From assembly GCF_964355755.1 (NCBI RefSeq), contig NC_092670.1, positions 12,572,795-12,636,794 on the forward strand: a DNA stretch of 64,000 nucleotides, given 5' to 3'. Both the position numbers and the translations under genes were made by a program. Each line of letters opens with the position of its first letter. Positions within the stretch are counted from its first letter, which is position 1. Of this stretch, positions 18,101 to 33,100 are shown in pieces. The notes under the pieces are model-generated. The model ran no database searches, had not been told where the DNA came from, and was given only the letters and a program-made list of their open reading frames with translations. Source of the DNA: Antedon mediterranea. Its lineage: Eukaryota > Animalia > Echinodermata.

Positions 18101-21100
18101 TATGGGAACCAAGAAGAAAAGAAAATGGTTACATCTACAGTACAGCCTCAATTTAACCAAAAACAGGAATATTGTACATTTCAGAAAACAACATTTTTTA
18201 ATGATTTATATTAAATTTATACGTAAATATAAATTAGTGCGAGATAACTAATACTGTTTGAAATTTATAAAATAAAATTTTTATATTGCCTGCCGAATTA
18301 AACAAAAATATTATTCAATTGGAAAACAGCTAATATATTTTCTTTCATTTTTTGTGACCTCAGGGACAATTAGGTCTCCACGACTGTTTAAATATGCTTA
18401 GATTATCGTGTATTCTTGTCATCTTATACAACCACTGTGGTCTGTAAACCGTTCATTATTAGTTTAGCGCAACTGTATATCATATAAACACTGGTTCCGG
18501 CATTCTCCAGGCTTGCGCATGACCCATGGCCCATATATGTCTCGAAAACTGTTCATTATCTAAAATTCAATTGTGGAAACGTCCTTGTAAAAAGGTCCAA
18601 AGAAACAGGGTCATATAATAACCCCATTTTATAAACTCACTTTAAAAAAAAAAAGAATTAAGATTAACTTGTTTCAACGTTTCCAAATTTGATCATGTTG
18701 TGTCCCCCGGAGTAATGAGTATTGGTGGATGTGAACAGAGAGTCCCATTGCACCCAGTAACGGCCTTCAATCGCCCAACGCAGCGAAGCCTCCCTTAAGT
18801 ACATCATTGATAACCATCAACTTCATAGGGTAAAGTTCTCACTTATTTCACCTGGACAAATGGTCTGTTGATTTTGTCTGTTTTTTACATTAACTCTCAT
18901 TCTCATTCAAATCTTTAATGACATACACATGACATTTACCTACATAGTACACTAGATTTATGTTACTTTTTCTTAGAATGTTTAACAAAATACAGTAAAA
19001 AGTTTATAGTGTAGGGACACCATCTGTTAAAATTATGTTTTCTGTCTGTTTTTATAGTTTTATAAATAGATGCCAAAAATATCATTGAAATGGGTCAAAA
19101 TATAACCCTTTTTTATTTTTATGTCATAAATTACTTTCAATGCCATATTTATTTTTTATAAACAAAAACAATATGTTACTGAAGTTGTAAACAAAAAAAT
19201 TTCCATATTTGGTTCTTGTGTATTAAGCCCAGTTTTTAAGGGGTTGGGCATATAACTGAGTCGGTATTTAATTTAAAAGCTGTATCTACAGAGCCATCAC
19301 AAATCCCATCCCACTATCAACTACAGAACTACATCAATCCTCAACGATTACTTACACAATTCTTAAATACTGTAATGCCAGAAGATCAGAAAATCCACTT
19401 AACGGATTATTCGAGATCAAATACAGATAACCTATCAACTGTATTACTTTACTAAGCTAACATTCTGGATTAACCCAGATCAACAATGGATTACTGATTA
19501 TATGATTATTATTGAGATTATTAAGTTACTTATTTACTAAAATTAATGTTTTTATTGGTAATGTTATTGATTATTATCAACTTAAAATTAGAGATTTTAT
19601 ATTCTATATCTATACTTGGAATTCTATAGCCAATATTACTTTAGTACTTCTTACCATGTAAACATTTGAACAATATTATATTTATGAGTAAATACACAAT
19701 TTTTACAACCGCTAAAAACAAAATTCCTGACCACAGTTATTGTCATTATTTCAATTAAAGTCTAATCTCCTCTTCTACAGTCCCCCCTTTAAAAAACCCT
19801 GTTTGCTTTGAGTTTTTTTTAATAAATAGTTTTGGTGAATCTTGCGGTAACTCTAACAACGAAGGTTCCTTTGTGACTTCTCTTTTATTTAAAAACTTTC
19901 TTTTCTTTAGTCATGAACTGCTAGAGCATAGGATCATAATGAAACACAAACTAAGACAAGTTTTGTTTGTCCATTTTATAAAATTTAACCCAACCTAAAT
20001 AATGTTGAATATGTTGATGGAATATGAATACTATAGTATTTAATAATTTTTAAAACATATTAATTATCAATACTAATTTTAACTATTCACAAACAATAAA
20101 ACATTGTTCTTTCTATTGGTTTTTTTAAATTTTAATATGTATTGTCATACCATCCTCAAACTAGTATCTAGTATAGTGTAGAATTATTTATTAAAGTACA
20201 ATTTATTGAATAAATTATAATTCAATACAGATAAACAATAATACATTACATACATTTTCACATATTATACTGTATATACACTAATTAACTGTGGCTAATT
20301 TAACTCAACAGTGGTGGTATGCTCAAACAATTCCTCTCAATTCCTAATAAGGAATAGAATGCACACACAATACCATATAAGGAGATACTGTGACAGTACA
20401 GTTGCACAGCACATGGTCAGCTTGATGCTATACAGTGTAGAGTATAATTCACAAAAGTTAATGTGATAAGACATGAAAACATGGTATTTTAATAGAGTGT
20501 AGTACTTCTATCAGAGTAATTACCATAACTAATGTCAAATCTTTAAGGAGCAAATGTGAATCAAGTCAAAGGGCTTGTTTCAATTCAAGCAATTTAACAA
20601 TTCAAATTGTGCATGAAAACATTCTCTATTTTCTTGGCATAAAAACAGAAAATGTTTAAATAACCAGTTAAATGGAATTTTTAGGATAACAGTTAAAAAC
20701 ATCAAAGTCAAAATATTATCTAACCGGTTTCACTGTGCAACTTTAAGCTGTAACAATGGTTTTATTATTACTGTATGGCCACTTATGATCACCTACTAAC
20801 TTTAAGAACACAAATTTAGTACTGTAGGACTGGGTCTGTATATAAATGTTATTTTATATAGGCCAATAATAGTGTAGTGTATAACTATATTTAATTGGTT
20901 AGTTGATGTTATACAGAGGAAACAACTAAAAATACTATTTTTAACTTGTTTACAGGCTAAAGTTGTGCTCTTTGAGACTCCAGACAAACAAAATCTATTA
21001 TATACGGTAATGATTTTTTTAGTACATCAAGTTCAAGTTTATAAAGAAGTTTAAAAGTAATTACATGTGTTGTACAATATGAAAGGTTATAAAAATAAAA

Positions 21101-24100
21101 ACGAGCATGGGAACACACAATATACTTAATGAGTTACGCTTTTAAAATGTTTCATGTATTGCTAAAACATTATTATTATAACTCCTATTTAATTAACCTA
21201 TTTCATTTACATTAGGTTTTGGGTGGTCTCAAATATAATTAATTTCTATACAATTATAGGGACACTTTGTGGACTTCTTTACTGTTCTGTTTACAGTGAT
21301 TTCACAAACAATTACGGAGCTTTCGATTTGTGATGATCTACGCATATTATTTAAAGCGGTCTTTGACTAAAATCTGCCAAAATTGTGTCAAGGACTTCGG
21401 TCGTCGCAAAACCGAAAGCTCCAAAATATCACGACCTTGCAATGATGTTTAATACTGTACTAGTTCCGTTTCATAAAAAAAAGTCTTTTTACTTGAATGC
21501 CCAGTTTCAAAGTTATACTGAATATTTTAAAAAAATACATAATAATTATCATGTAGGCCTTGTACATGTTATTACTCGCTTATAAGTGTACTTAAAATAC
21601 TTAGTCCAGAACATAACCAAACTTATATATTGACCGAAACTGTATTTGGAATGTTTTAAACTACATTTGAAAACTGCCACTGAGGGATTATGGATTGGGA
21701 GTGATAATAACATAATTTAATGTACTGAAACCGTCTTCAACACATTGAATTTGTCCATCACTGGGAAGAATTTGTTTTTAAAAAAGAGTATGGAGTGGTA
21801 TTGAAGAGGGGTGGAGGTTGGTGAGTATAGACAGATACTGGCATCGAGTGTTGAGAAGGCTTTAAACTAATGTTAAAACCCGCCCTGGGGCGGGTATAAT
21901 TGCTAGTATATTATAACTAGATTTTTCCATACAGTCTGCCTTTGCTAACAGCAAGGTCTTCTATGGGACTATAAGACATATTGTTATCATGGAATAATAC
22001 TCTTTGAAATGTTATTATATAACCTTGGAGGTAAATATAACAATGTTGGCCAAATAACAGGATGAAATGTAAACTAATGTATGTCTCTGAACAGTCGGGT
22101 AGTGGCACATAATAAATATTCAATGATTTTAATTAAAAATCATTAATTATTATACAATCTTCACTATACTGATTTCCTAATTTTGAATCACTTGATTATA
22201 CTGTACTGTATGCTTAATTAATTAGTAAATACTTCTCATTTCCTGAACATAGTTTATAATAACTCATCTCTTATAAGCATTAATGACTTCAAAATCTGTT
22301 CTTCTACATAACATATTTAACCTCATATTTCTAATGACATATCTCGGTTAATGACCTTTGCAAATATTTCTGGGTTTATAATAATAATAATCTAAAGATG
22401 TATTTCAATTTTATTCAACAATAGCATTGTACAGTACTGGAAATGGAGTTACACTACAGTAATGTATAGGGAATTTTTTTGGCTTTGGATTTTTTGTTAT
22501 ACAGTATTTTCCAACAACAAAAATAATATACTTACTATATAATCATTATATAAAATACAACTTTTGCCTTTTTTTTTATGTGGTTTATGATATGAATTTT
22601 GTATTAATTTATATTGCGACTTATATAAACTGGCACAGGTTTCATTTGGTTGTCGAAACAACAAATTAAAAAAAAACCATATGACTCTAATTGACTCTAT
22701 AACAAAAAATTGTGGGACGAAAAATAAAACAAAACATGTGAAACCACTCAATGTACCAAATTGGTCTTGGCCATGCAAGACTAGGATAATGTACCTGTAC
22801 CAAATTGGTCTTGGCCATGCAAGACTAGGATAATGTACCTGTACCAAATTGGTCTTGGCCGTGCAAGACTAGGATAATGTACCTGTACCAAATTGGTCTT
22901 GGCCATGCAAGACTAGGATAATGTACCTGTACCAAATTGGTCTTGGCCGTACAAGACTAGGATAATGTACCTGTACCAAATTGGTCTTGGCCGTTCAAGA
23001 CTAGGATAATGTACCTGTACCAAATTGGTCTTGGCCATGCAAGACTAGGATAATGTACCTGTACCAAATTGGTCTTGGCAGTTTAAGACTAGGATAATGT
23101 ACCTGTACCAAATTGGTCTTGGCAGTTCAAGACTAGGATAATGTACCTGGACCAAATTGGTCTTGGGCGTGCAAGACTAAGATAATGTACCTCTTCTAAT
23201 CTAGTAAAATCTAAAGAAACCAGCACATTAACCAGTATCAACCAGTAACACAATAAGAAACGGTTCCAGAATGTTATACTGTATAACATAATAACTAACA
23301 TTAAATTAATAATTTAATTAAAGACTGCTGTTGGATGTAAAACATTAAAGCATATGTTGTGTAGCATTGTTTATTATCGCTGTAAGAAATAATTAAATTA
23401 TGTTTCAAACATGAATGGCATTATGGGTCGCTGGTTACTAAACTAAATTCCTATCAGTTGAAATTGTTACTTTAATAAATAATATAAATAATAATAAAAT
23501 ATAACTAAGAAACAAATGGCAAGAGATAATTTACAGAAAAGGAATATTTGTAAGATAGAAAATTAATAAACATCCCAAAAGTTGATTACAATCACACAAA
23601 AAACAAGGTTAATGACAATAAAGGCCCTAATGATGATAAGATTGATACTATAGTGTCACCCCAGAGCAAGAGTACAAAATGATAATTAGCCAAAAAAACT
23701 TGGGTTAACCTAATTTAAGCTGACCAGGTTTAACTCTGCCCTGAAGAACATGCAAAATCACACCTCCTTTACTGGTAACTTACTGTTGGGTGTAAACAAT
23801 GTTATTTAATCACTGTGTTTAGATAACAATGACTTTAATAATATTACATGATGACAATTGGCTGTTAAACTAGAACAGAACAATAAATCATAGTAATTGA
23901 TTCATGAAAGATCAATTGAGTTGTTGACAATATGGCAATAAATATCATTAAAGTGTGTCTAAACACAGCTTGCACACCCCCATAAAATTGGCAAGGTCTG
24001 TGTTCACATTAGTAGATTCTTACAGTGAAATAATCATTTTAGGATGTATTTTACACTGTTGTAAAAAGATCTTTTCTCTTTTGAAATCTAAGCAACATAC

Positions 24101-27100
24101 ACCCAATATACTACTACATCTTGACTATAGTATAATTTTAGTATATAATACATGACCTCTCATAGGTTAAAATATTATATAAATTGTGTATCTTGCTTGT
24201 TGAATGAATTATTTAAAAAAAAAATTTATAGGTCAATCAAATAGTTCAACTACTTTACATTTACTATATTTTTATTTTACTCCATATCATTCTAAAGTTA
24301 CCAAATTCCTTCTTCTTGCTTTGTTTCCTTTTATTTTTATTGCTTTGATTTCTTAACTTTGGTTTACATTTCTTTTATATTCGTTTCTTTAGCTACACCT
24401 TAAGTTCAATAAAAGACTGGTATAGTGTGATCCTATACAATGTGCCACAAATACCACAATTTAAAAGAAAAACCAAAATATACAAATCGTTCAATACGTT
24501 CATAATATTTCCTCGGGCATGTTGTTCTAATAATATGCCAATCAATCAATCAGAATATTTATTCTAAATAAAATAAAAACCATGTATTTATATAAAATAA
24601 CCCACTATTGAACAGCTGTGTTTGACAACCAAACCCATACCAAGAAAAATTTTGGTTATTTTTCTGTACCTTCAACAGCTTTAACAATCATACATACAAA
24701 CATAATATTTAAAATATAATACAATTTTTTCCCTGCAAACCAACTGATAACAACAATTATAAATTCATAACATTTTATAGCATCGACGTACAGTAAATTA
24801 TCACTAATAGGTTGTTGACTGTGCAAACGATGACAGTGTGAGGGCGAGAGTGAACAACATGTAACTAGGTAGTGCGAAAGTCACAAATCACATAGCGCGA
24901 ACTTAATGTTTTCAGTAACAGCAGTTAACATTAAGTGAGTTATGGTAAATAAGTTAGTCTGTTAATTAAATGTTGCTCTCTGCTTAAACGATCGTTTGAC
25001 TTTATTTGGAAATAGTGATTATGTAAAGAATGCGAAAGTTTATACTATATCTATTTAATATTGACATTGATAATAATAAATATTTTCTAAGACAATGTGC
25101 ACACATACTGTACATTTAATATTTAACTTGAACCTCTGTTTAGAAGCTGTGGCTATTATTGATATAAAACGTTTTTGTATGTTGTTCATTATATATATTT
25201 TATTTCAAATATTTTGTGATTTTTTTCTTAATTTTCATAATAATTGTATTATAATTGTTTATATCATATGGTAATAAAGGCAATTAATATTTCAAAAGGC
25301 TATGGTTCACAAAAAAATATATTTTAACAATGGGTGCAAGTACCTAATAAAAATTGCTACAAAAATGTAGACTGGCCGATAACCTTAAACTGTAAGTTGT
25401 AGTATTAAAAAGTGTGTTGTTAATTTAAATTCTGTTTTAAGAGTAACACAGGGCAAATATTATTTGTTGATGTACTGGGAAACACTTCCTGTTTTTAATA
25501 TTATTCTTGTTCTTTTGATCATAAAAATATATTAAATTTTACAGAACACTAAAGAATGTTAATCTATTTTTTGTATGGTGATAGGATGTGATTAAAAAGA
25601 GAGAAAATTGATGGAAAAGATTACTGAATTTCTTATCAAAATATATAAAAAGCTTAGGATGGTAATCAATGCGTAGACAATGTTCTAAAGCATCAATTGT
25701 TTAAATATAAATATTATATAAAACTTGGAAATGTGTGATTTGATGTACACGCATTTAATGTGATAAAAAATGTCATTTTCTCATAATATTTAGCACAAAT
25801 CTTCAAAAAAGAAAACAAAAAAAGAAGCCAAATGTGATAAAAAAGCTTTTGTAAATATCAACGGAAGATATTTACAATTTCAAGCAATATGAAATCATGG
25901 TAGCAGTAATGAAACATTTTTAAAATCTTCAATATTTGCAGGAAAAAAAAAGACTTTTAAAAGCTGATAAAATGCCAGAAATTTTAAACAGTTCCACCTG
26001 ATTTGAGATTTATAAACAATCTTAAAGTATAATAGTACATCATCATTGTGCCTACATCCTTAGGCTTGGCCTGACCTAACATTATCCATCATATCTTTCC
26101 CTTTCTTCCCCTAGGCTAACAAATTTGAGACGATGGGAAAAAACGGCACTATTAAAACTGCATTCATAAATAGGATACGACACTTGATTTTGGCTTGAAA
26201 TTCAGCAGGTAAAAATACATTTAAAACCACTATTGCCTAGAGCAACAATGAAAAATTGATTATGAAGAGAAATTTAGCTTAGCATAGCAGACAACAATTA
26301 CTTTCCTCCACTGAGACTACTTAACACACTTAGGTGTTTAATGAAGGAATTCGCAAGGGGATTCCCTCGTAAAAAATTGCACTGAGAAATTTATGCTGTA
26401 AAGATGCATTGTCCTGAATAATTAACTTCTAAATAATTTTAAGGCTCACAGATTTCAACTTGAAAATAGAAATAGTAAACATTGGTTTTGCTTTGCAAAA
26501 AATGAAAATACTAAAAAAAGGTAAAGTTTGTTTCTTTCTTCTGGAAAAAATGAAAAATTTTAAGATGCATTTTTCACAAAAACAAAAATAAAGATGTCTT
26601 TAATTTTAAATTAAGTAAATTTACTGTAACCCAGACATCCTTTTGTGCTTCTGGTTGACATTTTTCCCCTTTTAAATTACAGTTTTATCATTTAAATAAT
26701 TTTTATTAAACAAATTTTTGTTCAAAATGAGCAACTAAACATTAAAATTTGAAAAAAAAATATCCTAAAATAATTTGATATAATTAATTTGTCATTTCAA
26801 GGAAAGGATAATTGGAAGCAATGTGGCTTCTAAAAGGTTATGAATATGTCGCTGGTTCATGAATGGTTTTTCCTTTGTTGTTGTAATTTAATGAAAGATG
26901 AGTGCAAGACTTAAAAGCAACATGCTGAGCTGTCACGCGCAGCATTTTTCATGACTCTTTATATTTTTGGTTATTAATAAAATAACAGCATATTTTGAGC
27001 AAAGTTCACGACGACGATCCTTGGAAGAATAACAATGAAAAATAAAAGGCTGCGATGCTTTTGAATCTATCACCTCACGTTTGTTGTTAATAAAGTAAGT

Positions 27101-30100
27101 TTTAATTACAAAAACATAATTGTAATTAAATTTTCAGTTAATATCAACTTCAATCTATTTATGTTAAATTTAATTCATCGGAACCTAGCTGTGAATTTGC
27201 CCGATAAAATACCAATATTCCTTAAAAAAGAATTTCAGCCAATGTTTCCTTTGCAGAACCTGCACCATACAGTTCGAGTTTGAATCTCAACCACCAGTAA
27301 TCAACCTTAGTAATCAACAGTATGATTGCAGTATTTAATCTGGATATTGTTGGTTTAATCTGGATATTGTTGGTTTAATCTGGATATTGTTGGTTTGTTT
27401 GCTGTTAGAAGTACAACTTTTTTTTAACGGTTAAGATAAGGAAATTTGAGAAAAGGCCAACCCAAACCGAGATTCGAACACAGAACCTTGTGCTTGACAT
27501 GAAGACATCCTACCATTAGACCACAGGGACTTTTTTCATTGCATGGTATTGACCTCACCGTTCCAACTTGAATATTTCTCTCTATCAAAAAACTGTGTGT
27601 GTATTCAAGGTTGTGTTGTAAGTCCCTTATAAATAAACTAAATGTAACAACATATTATATATCGCTATGTAATATCTTAGCTATGTGTGCGGCATATACA
27701 ACTGTTAATAGACAAATACGAAAGCATCATTTCTAGGCCTAAGAAGTCCACCTGCTGGGAGTGTCCTTGTCCTAAACCATCACCGCATGATGACTGAAGT
27801 CAGCTGCTTGGATGCGCACGACAGCCTCGTGTAGCAGAGCCTAACCCCTAGTGGTAACGATAATACTGAAAAACACCTAAACTACTTTTCCATTTAAATT
27901 CACTAATTTACTTTTGATTCGGTTGAAAATTCTGATAGAGAGACGGCCCAACTGAATAAACAGTCTATTGATATCCTATACTGTGTATGACGGTGAAGAT
28001 TTATGCTTTAATACCTGGATAACATTCTCAAACAAAGACAATTTCAATATCTCTATGAAAATAATTATAAATAATGGAAATTAAAAAGAAACTAAAGTAT
28101 CATATTCCATAATTCAATATTTAGGAACCAACAAATTATATCAAATTATCATTTATTACATAGCAATAGAACAATTTATCAACGATTATCGACATCATTA
28201 TCAGAATTTTTTGTTTTGATTAATGATTACATTACTTACAACAATGATAATCTAAATGGGGAAAATATAGAACAAACATACTACAGAAGATGCTACATAA
28301 ATCTCATAATTATTATAATGGAACAAAACTAGATTTAAACCAAATGCTCTGGGAGTAGAAGTAGCACATTACCACCACCACCATAAACTCTATTTTTATA
28401 GTATTAAAGAACAACAACATTGACACATGACTGAGATGACGCACACATTTTTTATTGAGAAAGTTTCCATACTATTTTGATCTTTAGTGTTGGCAATGCA
28501 TCTCGTTCCACAATTTCCCACAATCAAAGGTTATCTATGGCGCAGTGTTACTACTACTAATACTGTCTAGATCAGTCGTCATCTTCTGATGTTACACCTT
28601 TTACATACTCTATGAATTTTTATGATTTATCTTAACCTTTTTACACAGGAAATGTTGCTAGCAACATTTGAAATTGATTCCAAGCAGACGAAGAGATGTT
28701 AGGAATGCAATACGCAATGCCAGCCGAGCTTGTAATGCAACAGTGTGATTCAAAACATTTTTACTGAATCAAGCAACTTGATACACTGTGAAAACTAATA
28801 AAATTTAAATTATTAAAGAATAATACTGATTATGTTTTTCCCAATGTACCGTGCACAAAACTCTAGAAAAACTACTGTACAGTAAGGTAACTGTATGAAA
28901 AAAGGGTAGGTTATAAATCTGAAATTTGTTTTGTCTACTGTATGTACTCATTATTTTTTGATATGAATCTGAAATTTTTTAAATGTACTGAATATTTTGA
29001 AGCTACTGCAAAAGAAGCAGTTTTAGTAACTTTTCATTGAAGAGGTTGTTGTAGGAGTTACTGCTGCCATATGACCTATGCCCTTCCGTGGCAAAACTAA
29101 AGGCAACTAAACAGAGACCATCTGAACAGGGAGTTGTTTTACAACTCCCTTATCTGAATGAATTATGATGTGATAAAATAATAGTGATAAAATTCCAAAT
29201 AACATGTGCTATGGGTGTGAAAACTGGATATGCCATTGCTCTAAACACAACACCACTCATCAGATGAATTGGCTACATCCAATGCTCTGCATTGAACAAT
29301 TAATTAAGACATCCCGACTATCATACATTAGTATCACAAAATGCTGCAAACAAATCTACCACACATAAAACATCTTATTAATAGTAAGTACTGTAGGCCT
29401 AGGCCTAGATTTTTATAATGCCAAATGTTATAGCTATACCTACGTCTATGACCGTTGACTTTTACAGTAATCTGCCCAAGTGCTTTTGGCCTGTTCAGGC
29501 ATATTGTAGTTATTTACCATAGCTAACTTTGGTGGGTAGATAGAAACCAATTTTCCCCACAAGCCCTTTGATAGTACTACTACTACTGTATGTACAATAA
29601 GCTGAACAGTTACGAGTACTGTATAAAGAAAAAATATTTCCTGTGGCTAGCAACAAAACTATGTATATCACCATGGTCAACTTGTTTAGAGATTATTTAC
29701 TACTTTGTCAGGCACTATGCTAACATAGTGGCACATAAATGTTACATATTGCCCGACCTACATTTACAGATCACACAGATTAATTAAACAGAATATTTTA
29801 AGTTGGAAATCGATGGATTATTTGCAATTGAATAACCTTTGAACTCGGGAACCCTAAAGACAAAATAAATCAAGGAACTTGTTTAGTGCTATTTACTTGT
29901 AAGGTATGTTAAGAGCTAGTTGGTAGTTTATATGCTATAGGATACATTCTAAGATATGAGTCGGCACAAATACAAGTTCTTTATCACAGTTTAATTGAAA
30001 TGTGTCGACATTACCACCATATATAGAAAAATTAGTGTTTTGTAGATGGTCTGTAAAAGAGTTAATGAAAGAAACGTGTCTAGTTTTATGAGGTTGAGAT

Positions 30101-33100
30101 AAAAACTTAGCAATAGCTGAAGAATTTTGTGCTCTTAAAGATTTAGATTGTAAGACTAGAGGTACAAAATTGAGTGCTACTACAGTACTGTAATTACAGT
30201 AGTTCGACAAAACACAGATTTTAAACAAAAAGAGGTTTGTTGAAGATAAACGGAGGACAAAGGAATTTTAAATGTATTATGTTAATTAAAAAGAAAATAA
30301 CACCACCTATAAAGTAAGTAATATGTCCAAGTGTAAAATGAGACCTCAGTGGTCTGAGGAAAATAATATAAACATCGTTGATCTTACTTTCCTTGAAACT
30401 TGGGAGGGCTGTATTCAAGTAGTTCTACTGCAGAAACTCTCTGTTTTCTGCAGTAATTTGAATACTACCAATTACTTATTATTTACTTTACATTTTACAT
30501 ACTTAATATAAAATAATACATTCTGTTTCTTTAAACTTCCTAATAAACTTTTTAGATACATTTTTACTACTATACTAAAAGTCCTACAAAGTTTAAGGAT
30601 ACAGTAGTTGGTGTAGATAGAAGAGAAGTTTTGTGATAATGAATTAAATAATCAACTATCAATTACAAAAATAAATTTAATTTTAAATATAAAGTTTGGA
30701 ACAGAAGTATAAATAATTAATTAAAAAATGTATTTTAATTTATACAACAGACAATCCAGAAAGTTGTAATGTATAATAATATACAGTATATATTATCAGA
30801 ATTATACATCCGCTTGAAAACTTGAAACTAACTCACAGACAGGAACAAAATGGCATACATCAACCAGTACATCCAGATGTACTAAATTAGACTAGATATC
30901 AAAAATAGAACATCAATTGGTAACACAATCATGGATATAGTTGTGTGAATTACACTTCGATGCGATGATATGCATGGCAGACGACGCAGACAGTTCACGG
31001 TACAGTAGCTGGGATAAAAATAGAAAACAAACATCCGCCTCTTCGCAGAGAATTATTTATTATTGTTTAGATGTAATGTTTACGAGAAAAGATTTTTCTC
31101 ACTATTCTGAACATAAATGTTCTCCTAAGATTGTTTAAAATGTGTTTGTATTAAAAGTATATAATAATATAAATTCTCTGCCTCTGTTCCTCATTGGTCA
31201 ACTTTTTATAGACAAAAACCAATAAATTTAAGCAAAATTATTTCTACTTCTAAACATTGGTTCTAGGACACCTACCCCCTAGACAGTTACCCCCCGGATG
31301 TTTACCACCCGGACAACTACCCCCTTAGGACAACTACCCCCGGACAACTACCCCCCGGACAACTACCCCCTTAGGACAACTACCCCCTTAGGATAACAAC
31401 CCCCCGGACAACTACCCCCCGGACAACCACCCCCTTAGGACAACTACCCCCTTAGGATAACTACCCCCGGTCAACTACCCCTCGGTCAACTACCCCCCGG
31501 TCAACTACCCCCCCCCCCCCCATCCAAAAGTAGACAAATATATAGGACCGGTTTCTGTAAAAATGAAATCATCTGTTTTTAACGGGTGTTTCGAAACTAG
31601 AGACCCGAGACCAGAGACCTGACACGAGACCCAATACGAAAAGGGAGACCTATATTTGGGTCTCCCTTTTCGTATATTAGGGTCTCCCTTTTCGTATAGT
31701 GTGGTCTCTCTTTTCGTATAGTGGGGTCTCCCTTTTCTTATAGTGGGTCTCCCTTTTCTTATAGTGGGTCTCCTTTTTCAGATATTTGGGTTTCCCATTT
31801 TGTATATTTGGGTCTCCCTTTTCGTATATTTAGGTCTCCCTTTTCGTATATTAGGGTCTCCCTTTTCGTATAGTGGGGTCTCCCTTTTCGTATAGTGGGG
31901 TCTCCCTTTTCGTATAGTGGGGTCTCCCTTTTCGTACGTGGGTCTCCCTTTTCGTATATTTAGGTCTCCCTTTTCGTATTGGGTCTCGGGTCTCTGGTCT
32001 CGGGTCTCTAGTTTCGAAACACCCGTTTTTAACCGATTATTCTGTTTAACAGCACGCTAGACCCTAGATGTGCTAGATTTAAAGTACCGTATTTATTGAA
32101 AAAACGGCCTGGGCTGTTTATTGTTTAGGTGGTTTTTAGGTGGACATTTATTGGAAGAAAGTTGTTTATTCAATGGGAGGGGTATAATCTAATGGAAATA
32201 GACGCCGATTATTCCATATGATGTTTCATGGGAGTGACATGGTCACCGTTTATTTGAGGGGAATTTATTTAAAGATCGACGTTTATTCGGTGAGTGGTTA
32301 TCGAAGCATTGTCCTGACGCAAAAATTATTATTATTATTAGCGAACCCAGTCTTTACAGTAAATACAGGGAGTACTATATAATACGTTCGACTATCCTAT
32401 GATCATGTGTGACAATCTTCAGTTTATACCAGGCTATATTTATGTTCAATCTTTTACTTTTGTTTACAATAATGAATAGTAATTCGTCATTAAAATATAG
32501 TTATTAATTCCTATTATACACTGTTGCAGAGTCAGGTTGTTGAATGGTCTGGGTGGTTAGGGTGTTCTAAAGGGATAGTTTTCTGGGTGGTAATTGTCCG
32601 GGGGGTAATTGTCCGGGGGGTAATTGTCCGGGGGGTAATTGTTCCTAGGGGGTAATTGTCCGGGGGGTGATTGTCCTAAGGGGGTTGTTGTCCTAAGGGG
32701 GTTGTTGTCCTAAGGGGGTAGTTGTCCGGGGGGTAGTTGTCCTAAAGGGGTAGTTATCCTAAGGGGGTAGTGGTCCAGGTGGTGGTTGTCCGGGGGGTAG
32801 TTGTCCGGGGGGTAAATGTCCAGGGGGTGAATATCCGGATACGCTAAACATTATCTCTTTTGCGTCACTAAAATATTTCCACTTTATAGTATTTATAACG
32901 AATTCTGAAACCATGTGACTGAATGTATATCATTATGTAGACTAAGGCGAAACAACAGGAATTTGTGGGGAAGCTTATAGGGGCAGAGGGAGAAAGAACT
33001 TCTACTAAACATAGAGTACAAATGCTAAGTCAAACTTTCGGATTTGGTCTGTCAGTCAGAGATTTTTGGGCCAAATTAGAAATTTTGGTTTAATAGCCAA

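Larger units (their letters stand above)
31259..32843. mobile_element. Non-autonomous foldback/Mutator-like element with 9-bp TSD
   Basis: ~260-bp arms of GGACAACTACCCCC repeats (31259-31521) and their inverse (32575-32843); CTAAACATT duplicated at 31250-31258 and 32844-32852. Confidence 0.85.

Noticed and set aside
22752-23192. CRISPR array (palindromic repeats with variable parts)
   Set aside because: The variable segment is only 6 nt and the variants are related to each other; eukaryotic intron; no cas genes
27460-27530. Functional tRNA gene (also 8775-8850)
   Set aside because: A and B boxes are present but the acceptor and anticodon stems do not pair; treated as SINE heads
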